From IMG/VR virus record IMGVR_UViG_3300040985_002201, positions 1 through 41,419 of that record: DNA of 41,419 nt. One strand, given 5' to 3'. The notes under the pieces are model-generated. The model saw only the letters and a list, made by a program, of their open reading frames with translations, was not told the origin of the DNA and searched no databases. The DNA comes from a virus (lineage: Duplodnaviria > Caudoviricetes). Position 1 is the stretch's first letter, and every line of letters starts with the position of its first letter. A program made the position numbers and the translations under genes. Of the stretch, positions 1 through 9,105 are shown piece after piece.

Positions 1-2
1 AG

Positions 3-100
3 CCTCCCCCCCGCTCCCCTTTGGGAGCTATCCCCCCATGGGGGGGAGACACCATTGCGAAGCGATGGTGTCTATAGAAAGACCCGGGGTACGTAGTACC
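3..100. repeat. 98-bp terminal direct repeat, left copy
   Basis: Bases 3-100 are identical to 41322-41419; bases 1-2 do not match. This is either a circular-assembly overlap or a physical terminal repeat. Confidence 0.95.
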
Positions 101-219
101 CTCCGCTTTGTGTTCTGTCCCTATGTGGTCAGACATCGGTCTAGTGAAAAGTCGATTTTCGGAGCCTGGTCGTTTTAAAACCCGGGACTCCTAGAAAATT
201 TTTGGTGGAATTTTAGAAA

Positions 220-642
220 CTAGGCAGCCGGCGATTGTCGCGGGCCTTCTTGTTCCATCATGAAGAGGGTTTTGCGAACGGAGGGCATGGCTCGAGCGTT
301 GACGGGTTGCAGTCGTTGAAAGTTGAATCGTTGTCCGAGGACGGCATCTCTAACCATAGCGGCCATACTTGCACCCAGGTAGATTGCCACATTGTTGAGC
401 TCGGTGAAGTTTCTATTGGAGAGTGTAACGAAGACACCGTTGTCACCGGAGCCTTTGATTGCTTTCATCTCAGTTTTCGGCGCAGTCATCCCGTAGGTTT
501 CGAGCGAGCCGATAAATGATTCGACGCAGAGGTTAGTGAGTGTACTGACAGAGATGTTTGATTTTGCTGCAGTTCTGGACAGCAGTTCAAGGCATGCTTT
601 GTCAGCGGGGACTTTAGTGTTGGGTTTACTTTTAGTAGACAT
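220..642 (-). CDS. Putative DNA-binding protein with two ribbon-helix-helix-like units
   Basis: ATG at 642 has GAGGGA upstream. Two strand-helix-helix patterns: TKVPADKACLELLSRTAAKSNISVSTLTNLCV and VFVTLSNRNFTELNNVAIYLGASMAAMVRDAV. Confidence 0.55.
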   Translation of the reverse strand: MSTKSKPNTKVPADKACLELLSRTAAKSNISVSTLTNLCVESFIGSLETYGMTAPKTEMKAIKGSGDNGVFVTLSNRNFTELNNVAIYLGASMAAMVRDAVLGQRFNFQRLQPVNARAMPSVRKTLFMMEQEGPRQSPAA

Positions 643-659
643 TCCCTCACAATACCGCT

Positions 660-1130
660 GTGAGCGAACTTCCGTCAACCGAACAATCCCTCATCCAACC
701 AGTGGAGCAATCGGATGTTGCTGCGTACTGGATGAAGGCAGCGGTGAGCACAGAGGCTTTGGTGGCCCGTGCGTTTGAAGAGTCGGATGGCGACTTGGTT
801 TCATTGCACAAGAGCCTTCGGGCAGTTCAGACTTATGTTGGCATCCGCAAGTCGATTGGTGAGATGGTAGAGAAGGCGAGCTCCTTTTCCACAGATTCGA
901 CTTGGGATCCATTCGCCCCTGACGCCCTGGACGAGAAGTTGGACATCAGTGCGGCCAAGGCGGAGTTTGAATCGTCGGCCTCATTGGATGCGTCGGTTGA
1001 GTTGTACAAAGCTGGGTTGAGTTACAAAGAGATTATCGACAAGACGGGGTTGTCTCGCCGGCAGGTTGAGAAGGCTATAAAAAAAGCGGGTGTTCGTCGC
1101 CGCAGAAAGACGCTTGAAATTGTTGGGTAG
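660..1130 (+). CDS. Putative terminase small subunit / HTH protein
   Basis: Lies directly upstream of terL and has a C-terminal HTH (LYKAGLSYKEIIDKTGLSRRQVEKAI) with a basic tail. Start codon uncertain. Confidence 0.55.
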   Translation: MSELPSTEQSLIQPVEQSDVAAYWMKAAVSTEALVARAFEESDGDLVSLHKSLRAVQTYVGIRKSIGEMVEKASSFSTDSTWDPFAPDALDEKLDISAAKAEFESSASLDASVELYKAGLSYKEIIDKTGLSRRQVEKAIKKAGVRRRRKTLEIVG

Positions 1131-1142
1131 TGCGCCTATGCT
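1114..1142 (+). promoter_or_regulatory. Sigma70-like promoter
   Basis: TTGAAA (1114-1119), 17 bp spacer, TATGCT (1137-1142). Confidence 0.55.
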
Positions 1143-1148
1143 TGGCTG

Positions 1149-1247
1149 GGTAGCTCCTATGGTTCATTCCTCTGTACCATACGGTGAACAAGTTCCCCCC
1201 TTGTGCCGCCCACGGTTTCTCCTTTGTTCCCGTGGGCGGCACATCCT
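1149..1247 (+). ncRNA. Candidate structured RNA or leader with anti-Shine-Dalgarno loops
   Basis: Hairpin TATGGT/ACCATA (1158-1181, loop TCATTCCTCTGT) and a perfect 14-bp hairpin (1202-1243, loop TTTCTCCTTTGTTC), downstream of the predicted promoter. Confidence 0.5.
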
Positions 1248-3020
1248 ATGTCAAAAGTAAGAAAGTTCTGGGAGCGTTGCCGTGTAGACCGGCGTTTTTA
1301 TTTCCAGAACTGTTTACGCATACGCACGATGGTCGATGGCAAGTACAAATTGACGCCATTGGTTTTGAACGCAGAGCAGGAACAGATTCTCAACGCGATA
1401 GAGGAGCAGGAGCAATCTGGGTCTCCGGTACGTTTGATTATCCTCAAGTCAAGGAAGGTCGGTTGTTCGACTTTGATTGAGGCCTTGGGTCAGCACTACT
1501 GCCAGTTCTCCCAGCACGCCAATGCGAAGTGCATCGCTCACCTGAAGGATTCGACCAAAGAGATTTTCGGCATTGCGAAACGCTATCAACAGAACCTTCC
1601 AGATTTCTTTGACGAGTTGGCCCCTGCTCGAGTTGTGGGTCATTCAATCCAGTGGGAGCATGGGTCACGCTTTTCAATCCAGACTCAGGGTGCGACTGAT
1701 GCGGCCCGTGGTTCGACGCCTGACTTTCTCCATCTTTCTGAGTTAGCGCTTTGGTGGAAGAACCGTCGTGCCAGTAGTGACGAGGATGTGTTGCAGTCGC
1801 AGTTGGGTTCTTTGGAAGACAAGTTTGGAACGACCTGTATTATTGAGTCCACAGCTCATGGTGCTGCGGGTGCTTTTTACAATCGTTTCTGGCAAGCCTG
1901 GAAGAACGAGCCTGGTAATATATTCAAGGCATTGTTTTTTGGTTGGCAGGAGCACGCTCATTACCGCTTGCCGCTTCAGAGTGGTGACAAGAAGTTGCGT
2001 GAGCGTCTTCTCAAGGCACATGAGGCAGAAGAGGCAGAGTTTTTCTACGAGCTCGCTTCTCAGCAGGGTTGGGATGTGTTTTGGGCAGACCGGATGGTTG
2101 AGTTTGATTTGGAGCCTTGCCAGATACGTTGGGCGTTGCAGACGCTTCGTACCAAATTCGGTGGAGATCTTGTTCGCTTTGACACGGAATATCCACTGTC
2201 ACCTCAGATAGCTTTCACCTCTAGCGCACGAAGCCCATTCGACCAGGTTGCTGTTGAAGAGATATCTCGCGACTTGATGGATAATCCACCTCCATGTTCA
2301 AAGGGTGAGCTTCTCCAAGACCACATGTCACTGGTGCCGGGTGCTGATGATTGGCGGATTTGGCATCGACCTGACCCCACACGTGAGTACCTTATAACTA
2401 TAGACTCGGCACACGGGGTGGAGGATGGCGACTTCTCTTGCATTCAAGTACTGGATAGAACCGAGCGAGTGCAGGTTGCTGAATATTATGCTCGCCAGCC
2501 GCCAGATATCACTGCACGTCAAGCCGTTGTTGCAGGCCGAGCATATAACAATGCACTTATCGTCCCTGAGATTGATGGGCCGGGTCTCGCCGTTGTCCGA
2601 GAATTGCTTGACGTGGATGGAGGAGGTGGATACCCGAATCTCTATGTCCGTTCGACTTCCGGTAACTGGACTCAGCGCTTTGGTTTTAGGACGCAGGGTA
2701 AGGGGCAGAGAGAGGCTGCGATTGCGGCACTCGGTAAAGCCATACGTTTGAAGACCTGGACATTCAACTCATTGCGGTTGATGGGTGAGTGTAAGACCTT
2801 TATTGAGAACATGCGTGGTCGAGCGGAAGCGATGCCGGGGGCGCATGATGATGCAGTTATGTCGATGGCGATTGGATTGTACCTTGACTCTGAGCTGGAT
2901 GATGCGTCATATTCGGAGCCAAGTGGAAAAAAGGTAGATCTCCCAAGGGATTCGGTGGCTAATTTCCTAAACGTGGCTGCTGATGTTGATAGAGATCCAC
3001 ACCTGGGGACGGTTTGGTAG
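1248..3020 (+). CDS. terL: Terminase large subunit
   Basis: Walker A-like LKSRKVGCST, Walker B DFLHLSE, coupling motif IIESTAHG, RNase H-fold acidic motifs TIDSAHG and HDDAVMS. ATG 1248 preferred because GTG 1203 lies in a hairpin stem. Confidence 0.95.
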   Translation: MSKVRKFWERCRVDRRFYFQNCLRIRTMVDGKYKLTPLVLNAEQEQILNAIEEQEQSGSPVRLIILKSRKVGCSTLIEALGQHYCQFSQHANAKCIAHLKDSTKEIFGIAKRYQQNLPDFFDELAPARVVGHSIQWEHGSRFSIQTQGATDAARGSTPDFLHLSELALWWKNRRASSDEDVLQSQLGSLEDKFGTTCIIESTAHGAAGAFYNRFWQAWKNEPGNIFKALFFGWQEHAHYRLPLQSGDKKLRERLLKAHEAEEAEFFYELASQQGWDVFWADRMVEFDLEPCQIRWALQTLRTKFGGDLVRFDTEYPLSPQIAFTSSARSPFDQVAVEEISRDLMDNPPPCSKGELLQDHMSLVPGADDWRIWHRPDPTREYLITIDSAHGVEDGDFSCIQVLDRTERVQVAEYYARQPPDITARQAVVAGRAYNNALIVPEIDGPGLAVVRELLDVDGGGGYPNLYVRSTSGNWTQRFGFRTQGKGQREAAIAALGKAIRLKTWTFNSLRLMGECKTFIENMRGRAEAMPGAHDDAVMSMAIGLYLDSELDDASYSEPSGKKVDLPRDSVANFLNVAADVDRDPHLGTVW

Positions 3021-3220
3021 TAGTAGCACTCATAATCGGTCTATCGGCCACAATACCATTTGGAATACTCTGTATAGCTATATCCAAATTCCTACATCAT
3101 AAAACTGATATGGACGACAGAAAACTCAAGCTTGCCGTTCTGGATAACTCTCATTCCGCTTGGGAAGAGTTTGATGTAAAGTACAAAAAGCAATTTGAAT
3201 ACGAAATGGAGAGTCAGTAA
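3014..3220 (+). CDS. Small membrane protein
   Basis: N-terminal hydrophobic segment; overlaps the terL stop and is coupled to the next gene by TAATG. Confidence 0.6.
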   Translation: MVVVALIIGLSATIPFGILCIAISKFLHHKTDMDDRKLKLAVLDNSHSAWEEFDVKYKKQFEYEMESQ

Positions 3221-3549
3221 TGTGGGGAGCAATTATAGGGGCTATGATTACGGTCACCGGCAGCATTGTGCAGGGGGCCATGGCCAAGGATGCCGCCGAG
3301 GATGAGGCTAATAAGAACAGAGAGGCTGCTAGTCGGTCTGCAGCTCTTCAGCGTGCCGAGTCACAACGTCAGAAGTTCAAACCTATGAATGTTACTCCAG
3401 CACCTTCTGCATCGAGCATGGGCAGAGTTAGCAGCGCACCAAAGCTTCCTATTGACACAGGCAATATTAGCCTGTCAACTAGTTCACAACCAAGGATGAC
3501 CGCAGCCGAACGAATCCGGCGCCGGTTGCAATCAAGGAGACCCGTATAA
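3220..3549 (+). CDS. Hypothetical protein, pilot/ejection-protein-like N-terminus
   Basis: MWGAIIGAMITVTGSIVQG followed by an Ala/Glu/Arg helical stretch; TAATG coupling on both sides. Confidence 0.6.
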   Translation: MWGAIIGAMITVTGSIVQGAMAKDAAEDEANKNREAASRSAALQRAESQRQKFKPMNVTPAPSASSMGRVSSAPKLPIDTGNISLSTSSQPRMTAAERIRRRLQSRRPV

Positions 3550-3833
3550 TGTCAGCATTACCTCCAGGCCCAGGTGGCCCTCCGATGGGACCCCCTCCAA
3601 TGGGACCTCCTCCTGCAGGACCCCCTCCGGGTTCAGATATGGGACCGTCACCTGAAGAAGTAGATCAACTAATTGAGATGTTGCAGACGTTGCCGCCCGC
3701 TATAAAGCAGCAGGTTATTTCTGCACTGAGCTCCACGATGGACGAGGGACCTGCGGAACCAGAGGGTCCACCCGTGGAAGAGCCGGGTCCAGACGCTATG
3801 CGTGAGGCAGCAAGTGCCCGGGCAGGTCTGTAA
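3549..3833 (+). CDS. Pro/Gly-rich acidic hypothetical protein
   Basis: AAGGAG RBS, TAATG coupling, PPMG repeats. Confidence 0.7.
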   Translation: MSALPPGPGGPPMGPPPMGPPPAGPPPGSDMGPSPEEVDQLIEMLQTLPPAIKQQVISALSSTMDEGPAEPEGPPVEEPGPDAMREAASARAGL

Positions 3834-4123
3834 TGGCCTACGGGACTATACCCAAATATCCAACGCAGGTTGGTGCGTCAGGTAGCAGTCCCTACGGTTC
3901 TCGCCCTCGAGGTGAGCTTGACCAAAAAATCGTTGAGTTGTTGGGTAAGGGCAATGAGCAGCCCCTTCCTACGGAATCTCCCGCCGGCCAACAGACACCG
4001 GGTGGTGGTGTAGACCAGCCTCGTTCGATGGATTGGCGTTTGCGTGCCGCTGAGATGATGCGTCGGCAGATGATTAACAAGTCGGAATCTGAGAGTCAAC
4101 CCGCATGGATGAGGCAGCGTTAG
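3833..4123 (+). CDS. Hypothetical protein
   Basis: TAATG-coupled ORF that fills the gap up to the portal gene. Confidence 0.65.
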   Translation: MAYGTIPKYPTQVGASGSSPYGSRPRGELDQKIVELLGKGNEQPLPTESPAGQQTPGGGVDQPRSMDWRLRAAEMMRRQMINKSESESQPAWMRQR

Positions 4124-4126
4124 CAG

Positions 4127-6280
4127 ATGGATTCAGGGCCGATTACCGATGCTTATAGCGAGAAGGGAGTAGAGGACTACAACCCTGACGAAAAAGAGAA
4201 GAAGACCTCGTCTTACGTTCATGAGCAGTGGCAGATATCTGAGAGCACGAAGCAAAACACAATAGAGCACGTATGGCTCGCTCTTGCGTTCTACACAGGT
4301 CGTCAGTGGTCACGTTATAACCGTGTCACACGTCTGTTATCGCAGGACAGCCCGCCTCCTTGGCGTGTTCGTATGGTACTCAACTACATCTTGCCGACTG
4401 TGGAAACGCTTGCGGGTAAGTTGGTTGAGAATCGCCCGGGCTTTGTGTGCATGCCAGCCACCAGCGATGACGACGACCTGGATGCGGCACGTCAATGTGA
4501 GGCTCTACTCGACTATGTATGGCACGAGCTCAAAATCCAGAACAAGATATACGAGGCAATGAAGTGGGCGTCGATTACAGGGACAGCCTTCATCAAGATA
4601 TTTTGGGATGTTGATGCGGGTGAAGAGTACGATGACGAGGAAGATATCATTTCAGATGTCATCGAGTACGCGGAAGATAAGATAGGTCTCGAAGACCTTG
4701 ATAGGCGCGAGAAGACCCGTGTTCGCAGGAAGAGTGGTCTGCCTGTAATTGATGTGCTCTCGCCGCTCGAGGTTGCTTGGGACCCAGGCGCCAAGGACAT
4801 GGATTCCTGTCGGTGGATGATTCACTCGAACATGCTTCACATTGATGAGGTTAGAACTCGCTGGGAAAAGGGAAAGTACGTTCAGCCCAACACGAGTTAC
4901 GAGGTGGATGAGTATAGTCAGCAGGTGATGCGTGAATTTGCATCCTCGTCGTCAGACGCTGACCAGACGAATATGGATCGCATCAATGTTCTTGAGTACT
5001 TTGAGCGACCTTCGCCGCGACACCCTGAAGGTTATTACGCAATCGTTGCCGGCGGCATCGTCCTTGAAGAGGAAGAATCACTGCCCTACGGTCGTTTGCC
5101 GTTTGTATGCGTTCGTCACAACTCCGTACCGGGCCGATTGGCTGGAGAGGGCGTTGTCAACTCATTGATTCCAGCTCAAAAGGAACTCAACAAGAGCGTT
5201 AGTCAGCGGATTGAAAACAAGAACCTTCATGCTCAACCCAAGTGGCGAGCGGAAAAGGGGTCTGTTGAAAAGCAGCAGTTCACTGATGAGCCGGGTGAGC
5301 TTATCTTTTACTCGCGCACAGCCACGCGCCCGCCGGAACCACTCCCTCCGCCGCCGATGTCACCAGAACATAGGCTGATTGAGAAGGAGCAGATTGAACA
5401 TATCCAGAACATTAGCGGTGTTTCTGATGTGACCCGGGGTTCCGCCCCTGCTCAGACCTCTGGTCGTGCGATTGGGCTTCTATCGGACCTGGACGCTACC
5501 AAGTTGGGGCCTACGGTTCGCGAGCTTGAGTCAGCCATTGAGGGTATTTGTGAACAGGTGTTGTGGATGTGGCGTGAGTACATGCCCATCGAGATGACCG
5601 TTCAGACCCTTGGAAGAAATAAGATTGTGGAGGTTTTCAACTTCCACGCACAGCAGATAAAGAACACCCGTGTCCGCGTACTTCCTAACTCGATGCTCCC
5701 GAAGCATCCAAGTTACCGGCGTGAGCAGATTATCCAGATGTACCAGGTTGGTATTTTGGGGGATCCCTCTGACCCGAGAACGCAGATGAAGGCACGTAAG
5801 CTCATGGAATTTGGGTTTATGGAAAACGTCTACGGTGATGAATCAAAAGATCGTAACCTTGCCCGTGAGGAGAATGAACTTCTCGAGGGAGGCAGGTCGC
5901 CCGACGTGAATGCGTTTGACGACCATCCCGTTCATATAGATCAGCATAGTGAGTTCATGAAGTCGATAGATTATCGACTGCTACCCGAGAGTATTCAAGA
6001 AAACTACTTGCGACATGTAGCTTGGCACTATTATGCTGAATCACAGAACCAACAGGGACAACCATGGTGGCAGTCATACGTTGACGCTGGGGTGCAAAAC
6101 ATGCCCCCAACGATGGCACCTGCCGGAATGGAAGCTCCTGAAGGTGGGGGTCCCGCTGGTCCGCCAGCAGGGCAACCTGCAGGAATGCTTGGAGGAGGTA
6201 CTCCAGAGCTCAATCAAGCCGTTGGCACGAGAGGGCCGGGAGTTGCAGACTTTGAAGCAGGAATGCAAACACCACAATAA
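4127..6280 (+). CDS. Portal protein (P22-like)
   Basis: 717 aa; AFYTGRQW...NYILPTVETLAGKL, YGRLPFV, QKELNK, ISGVSDVTRG...TSGRAI patterns; located between terL and scaffold/capsid. Confidence 0.9.
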   Translation: MDSGPITDAYSEKGVEDYNPDEKEKKTSSYVHEQWQISESTKQNTIEHVWLALAFYTGRQWSRYNRVTRLLSQDSPPPWRVRMVLNYILPTVETLAGKLVENRPGFVCMPATSDDDDLDAARQCEALLDYVWHELKIQNKIYEAMKWASITGTAFIKIFWDVDAGEEYDDEEDIISDVIEYAEDKIGLEDLDRREKTRVRRKSGLPVIDVLSPLEVAWDPGAKDMDSCRWMIHSNMLHIDEVRTRWEKGKYVQPNTSYEVDEYSQQVMREFASSSSDADQTNMDRINVLEYFERPSPRHPEGYYAIVAGGIVLEEEESLPYGRLPFVCVRHNSVPGRLAGEGVVNSLIPAQKELNKSVSQRIENKNLHAQPKWRAEKGSVEKQQFTDEPGELIFYSRTATRPPEPLPPPPMSPEHRLIEKEQIEHIQNISGVSDVTRGSAPAQTSGRAIGLLSDLDATKLGPTVRELESAIEGICEQVLWMWREYMPIEMTVQTLGRNKIVEVFNFHAQQIKNTRVRVLPNSMLPKHPSYRREQIIQMYQVGILGDPSDPRTQMKARKLMEFGFMENVYGDESKDRNLAREENELLEGGRSPDVNAFDDHPVHIDQHSEFMKSIDYRLLPESIQENYLRHVAWHYYAESQNQQGQPWWQSYVDAGVQNMPPTMAPAGMEAPEGGGPAGPPAGQPAGMLGGGTPELNQAVGTRGPGVADFEAGMQTPQ

Positions 6281-6313
6281 GCGTCCGCTGGTACGATAAC
6301 TAGCTGTGGGGTT

Positions 6314-7030
6314 ATGATGAGTGAAGAATTTGGCGATACGGGCACAGGCTCCATGGGGGATTCGCAGACCTCTTCGTATGATGGTGAGGAACTCGCGGCA
6401 GCCGGCGATACAGGTGAACCAACTCCAGAGTACGGTAGCGAAGGCAGTCCTGAAGCTGTTCCTTATGAGCGGTTCAAGGAAAGCCGGAATCAACTGAGTG
6501 ATGTTCGTTCTGAAAACGAGCGTCTACGACAACAATTTGATGAGTTGCAGGAGCACTCACGGCGACAAGCTGAGTACAATCAGTATTATTACCAACAAGA
6601 GCAACAGCGACAACAACCTGAAGCGGAAGAAGAATATATCGACCCGGTTGAGAAGAAGGTTGCTGATTTGGAACGTAGTCAACGAGCGATGGAAGAGCGA
6701 CTTGCCAGTAGGCAGACAGAGCTCGTTGTAGCGCAGGAGCAACGTGAATTGAAAATGGAACTGGATTCCGCTAAAGCAAGGTATCCCTCCATGAATAAAA
6801 TGGACGTTGTAAACGCTGTCATACGCAGCCCACGGGCGAGCGTGGCGGTTCTGGCAAAACGTTCACACGAGAAAGCGGAGCGTGCATACAATGAGCGCTT
6901 GCGGAGAGAGGGCTACTCGCCCAAACCCAAAACGCTTACGCGAGGCCAGGGGCCTATGCCTGTTGCTAAAGACTTTGGTGATGATATGGATGGTGCTGAA
7001 GCTGCTGCCGTGGCGTTCTTAGACTCATAA
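6314..7030 (+). CDS. Capsid scaffolding protein
   Basis: Acidic N-terminus, VPYERFKE motif and coiled-coil; located between portal and capsid. Confidence 0.75.
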   Translation: MMSEEFGDTGTGSMGDSQTSSYDGEELAAAGDTGEPTPEYGSEGSPEAVPYERFKESRNQLSDVRSENERLRQQFDELQEHSRRQAEYNQYYYQQEQQRQQPEAEEEYIDPVEKKVADLERSQRAMEERLASRQTELVVAQEQRELKMELDSAKARYPSMNKMDVVNAVIRSPRASVAVLAKRSHEKAERAYNERLRREGYSPKPKTLTRGQGPMPVAKDFGDDMDGAEAAAVAFLDS

Positions 7031-7049
7031 GAACTTTATGGAGTAAAAA

Positions 7050-8414
7050 ATGGTTCAAAAAGCATCTGCGGGCGCCGGTACAGATTTTGACGTAGTACTC
7101 AAAGAGTATTACGAAGGACCTGTGCGCGAGCACCTCAATAATAAAATTCCCATTCTCAAGTACATCGAGAAGTCCAAACGAAAGTGGAACGGACGACGTG
7201 TTGTTTTCCCCGTCCATCTTCGCCGTAATCACGGTGTTGGTGCTCGTGGTGAGACAGGCACTCTGCCGTCTGCTGGAAAGCAAGAGTACGTAGAGAGTCG
7301 CATCAAGTCGAAGTTCCTTTACGGACGTATTGAGCTCACAGGTGTTGTTATTGCAGCATCCCAGGGTGACAAGGGTTCGTTTGCTTCAGCGCTTCGCACT
7401 GAGGTTGAGGGAATGCGACGTGACCTGCGTGTCGATATGAACCGTCAGGTTTGGGGCAACAATTGGAAGGATGTCGGCGCAGACGTTGATAACCCGGACA
7501 CGGTTGCTAAATTTGCTGGTAAAACAGGTATTATCGCCGCTGGTACAAATGCCTCTCAGACTGTCAGCAACCTTAAGGTAACTGCAACGCTTCAGGCGCA
7601 TACGGATGCCGCATCAAACAATCAGCTTGATGTTGGTACTCGTTACTTGAAGAAGGGCATGCCTGTGGTGCTTGGTACGGTCAGTTCAGCGGGTGCGTTT
7701 ACAGCCGATACGGGTGGTCTTACTGTTCTAAAGGTTGTTGATCGGGATACCGTTCAACTGACAACCAATGGAACTGACGCGGCCACTGTAACGCTTGGCG
7801 CCAACGATGTGATTGTTCGTGGTGATAGCACTCAAGCAGGTGAAAACTCATTTGATAATGAGATCACCGGATTGTCATTCATGGTGGATGACGCCGATGA
7901 TGACCTGCAAGAGGTCAACACCGGCACCAATCCCGAGTGGAAGGCAAACGTTCTTGGTAACAGCGGTACTAACCGTCCGTTGTCCCTGGAGCTGATGCAG
8001 CTTGCTATTGATACCGCTGATGAGGTTGCCGGCGCAGAGCCTAACCTGATTATGGGGCATCACAGCATTCGCCGTGAGTACATCAATCTGTTGACTAGCG
8101 ACGTTCGTTATTCTCCAGAGCAACTCAAAGGTGGTTTCCAGAAGCTGACTTACGCGGGCGGGACTAACCCGATGCCGCTTGAGTTTGACCGGATGGCACC
8201 TTACAACAAGCTCTTCTTCCTCAATACAAGTGACATTAAGTTGTACACGATGAAGGATTGGGCTTGGGCAGACCGTGATGGCAGTTCATTTAGCCGTAAA
8301 CTCAACTCTGATAGCTGGGAAGCTTTCATGTGTTGGTATGGCAACATGGGCCTTGAGCGTCGTTTCTCGCAAACGTTGCTTTCCGACATCGAGGTTTCTA
8401 ACTTGATCTTCTAG
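7050..8414 (+). CDS. Major capsid protein
   Basis: 454 aa; VLKEYYEGPVREHLNN, GVGARGE..LPSAG and EITGL patterns with a central insertion domain; GGAG RBS; followed by a terminator. Confidence 0.88.
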   Translation: MVQKASAGAGTDFDVVLKEYYEGPVREHLNNKIPILKYIEKSKRKWNGRRVVFPVHLRRNHGVGARGETGTLPSAGKQEYVESRIKSKFLYGRIELTGVVIAASQGDKGSFASALRTEVEGMRRDLRVDMNRQVWGNNWKDVGADVDNPDTVAKFAGKTGIIAAGTNASQTVSNLKVTATLQAHTDAASNNQLDVGTRYLKKGMPVVLGTVSSAGAFTADTGGLTVLKVVDRDTVQLTTNGTDAATVTLGANDVIVRGDSTQAGENSFDNEITGLSFMVDDADDDLQEVNTGTNPEWKANVLGNSGTNRPLSLELMQLAIDTADEVAGAEPNLIMGHHSIRREYINLLTSDVRYSPEQLKGGFQKLTYAGGTNPMPLEFDRMAPYNKLFFLNTSDIKLYTMKDWAWADRDGSSFSRKLNSDSWEAFMCWYGNMGLERRFSQTLLSDIEVSNLIF

Positions 8415-8433
8415 GGTCGTGCAGGATACCTAG

Positions 8434-8472
8434 ACCACTGGGGGGCAATATGCCCCCTGGTGTTTTTCTTTT
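8434..8472 (+). terminator. Rho-independent terminator after the capsid gene
   Basis: GGGGGCA-ATA-TGCCCCC hairpin followed by a T-rich tract. Confidence 0.75.
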
Positions 8473-8517
8473 ACTTAGTATCCCCGCAATGGGGGGCAAA
8501 CTGTGGAGTGGTAAACT

Positions 8518-9105
8518 ATGATTCGCGATAAGAATATTAACTATAAGTACCAGAGCCTATACCTTCCGGCTGCGGCCTTTGATTGGAAACCGGGTTCAGC
8601 AGACAACCAAGATGCTGGTGACGGCAATGAAGACTTGGTAGAGGTTGGTACAACCGGGTTTGTTGGTTGGAAGTTTGACGGTGGCGACGATCAGGTGTTC
8701 ATATCAATGCCCACGCCGACAAGCATTGATTGGGATAACAACGTCTTTTACCGGGTTATCTGGGCAGCGGCTGTGTCAAGTGATCTTACCGCTACGGAGA
8801 GCTTTGCTATTTCTGCCGCCGAGGTAGCGTTCGGGGCTGCACCAGCGACGAGTGCTCCAACAGCATTTGCCACGGTATCGGATACGCCGAGCGCCATCAA
8901 TGTTCCGCTGGCAACCCCGTGGGCCAAGGCAGATTCGTCTACGACAGACGGCATTGCTGGGACAAGTGATATTTTGCGGATATTCGTAGACTGCACAACG
9001 GACACGGCAAACGATCCACGGTTGATTGGCTTGGAGCTAAAGTACTTGCCTAAGCTGACACCTAGCCCACAGACCAATGACCAAGCAGACCCAACGGACG
9101 CATAA
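8518..9105 (+). CDS. Virion structural protein (possible decoration protein)
   Basis: GGAG RBS; acidic, beta-rich 195 aa protein directly after the capsid gene. Confidence 0.55.
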   Translation: MIRDKNINYKYQSLYLPAAAFDWKPGSADNQDAGDGNEDLVEVGTTGFVGWKFDGGDDQVFISMPTPTSIDWDNNVFYRVIWAAAVSSDLTATESFAISAAEVAFGAAPATSAPTAFATVSDTPSAINVPLATPWAKADSSTTDGIAGTSDILRIFVDCTTDTANDPRLIGLELKYLPKLTPSPQTNDQADPTDA

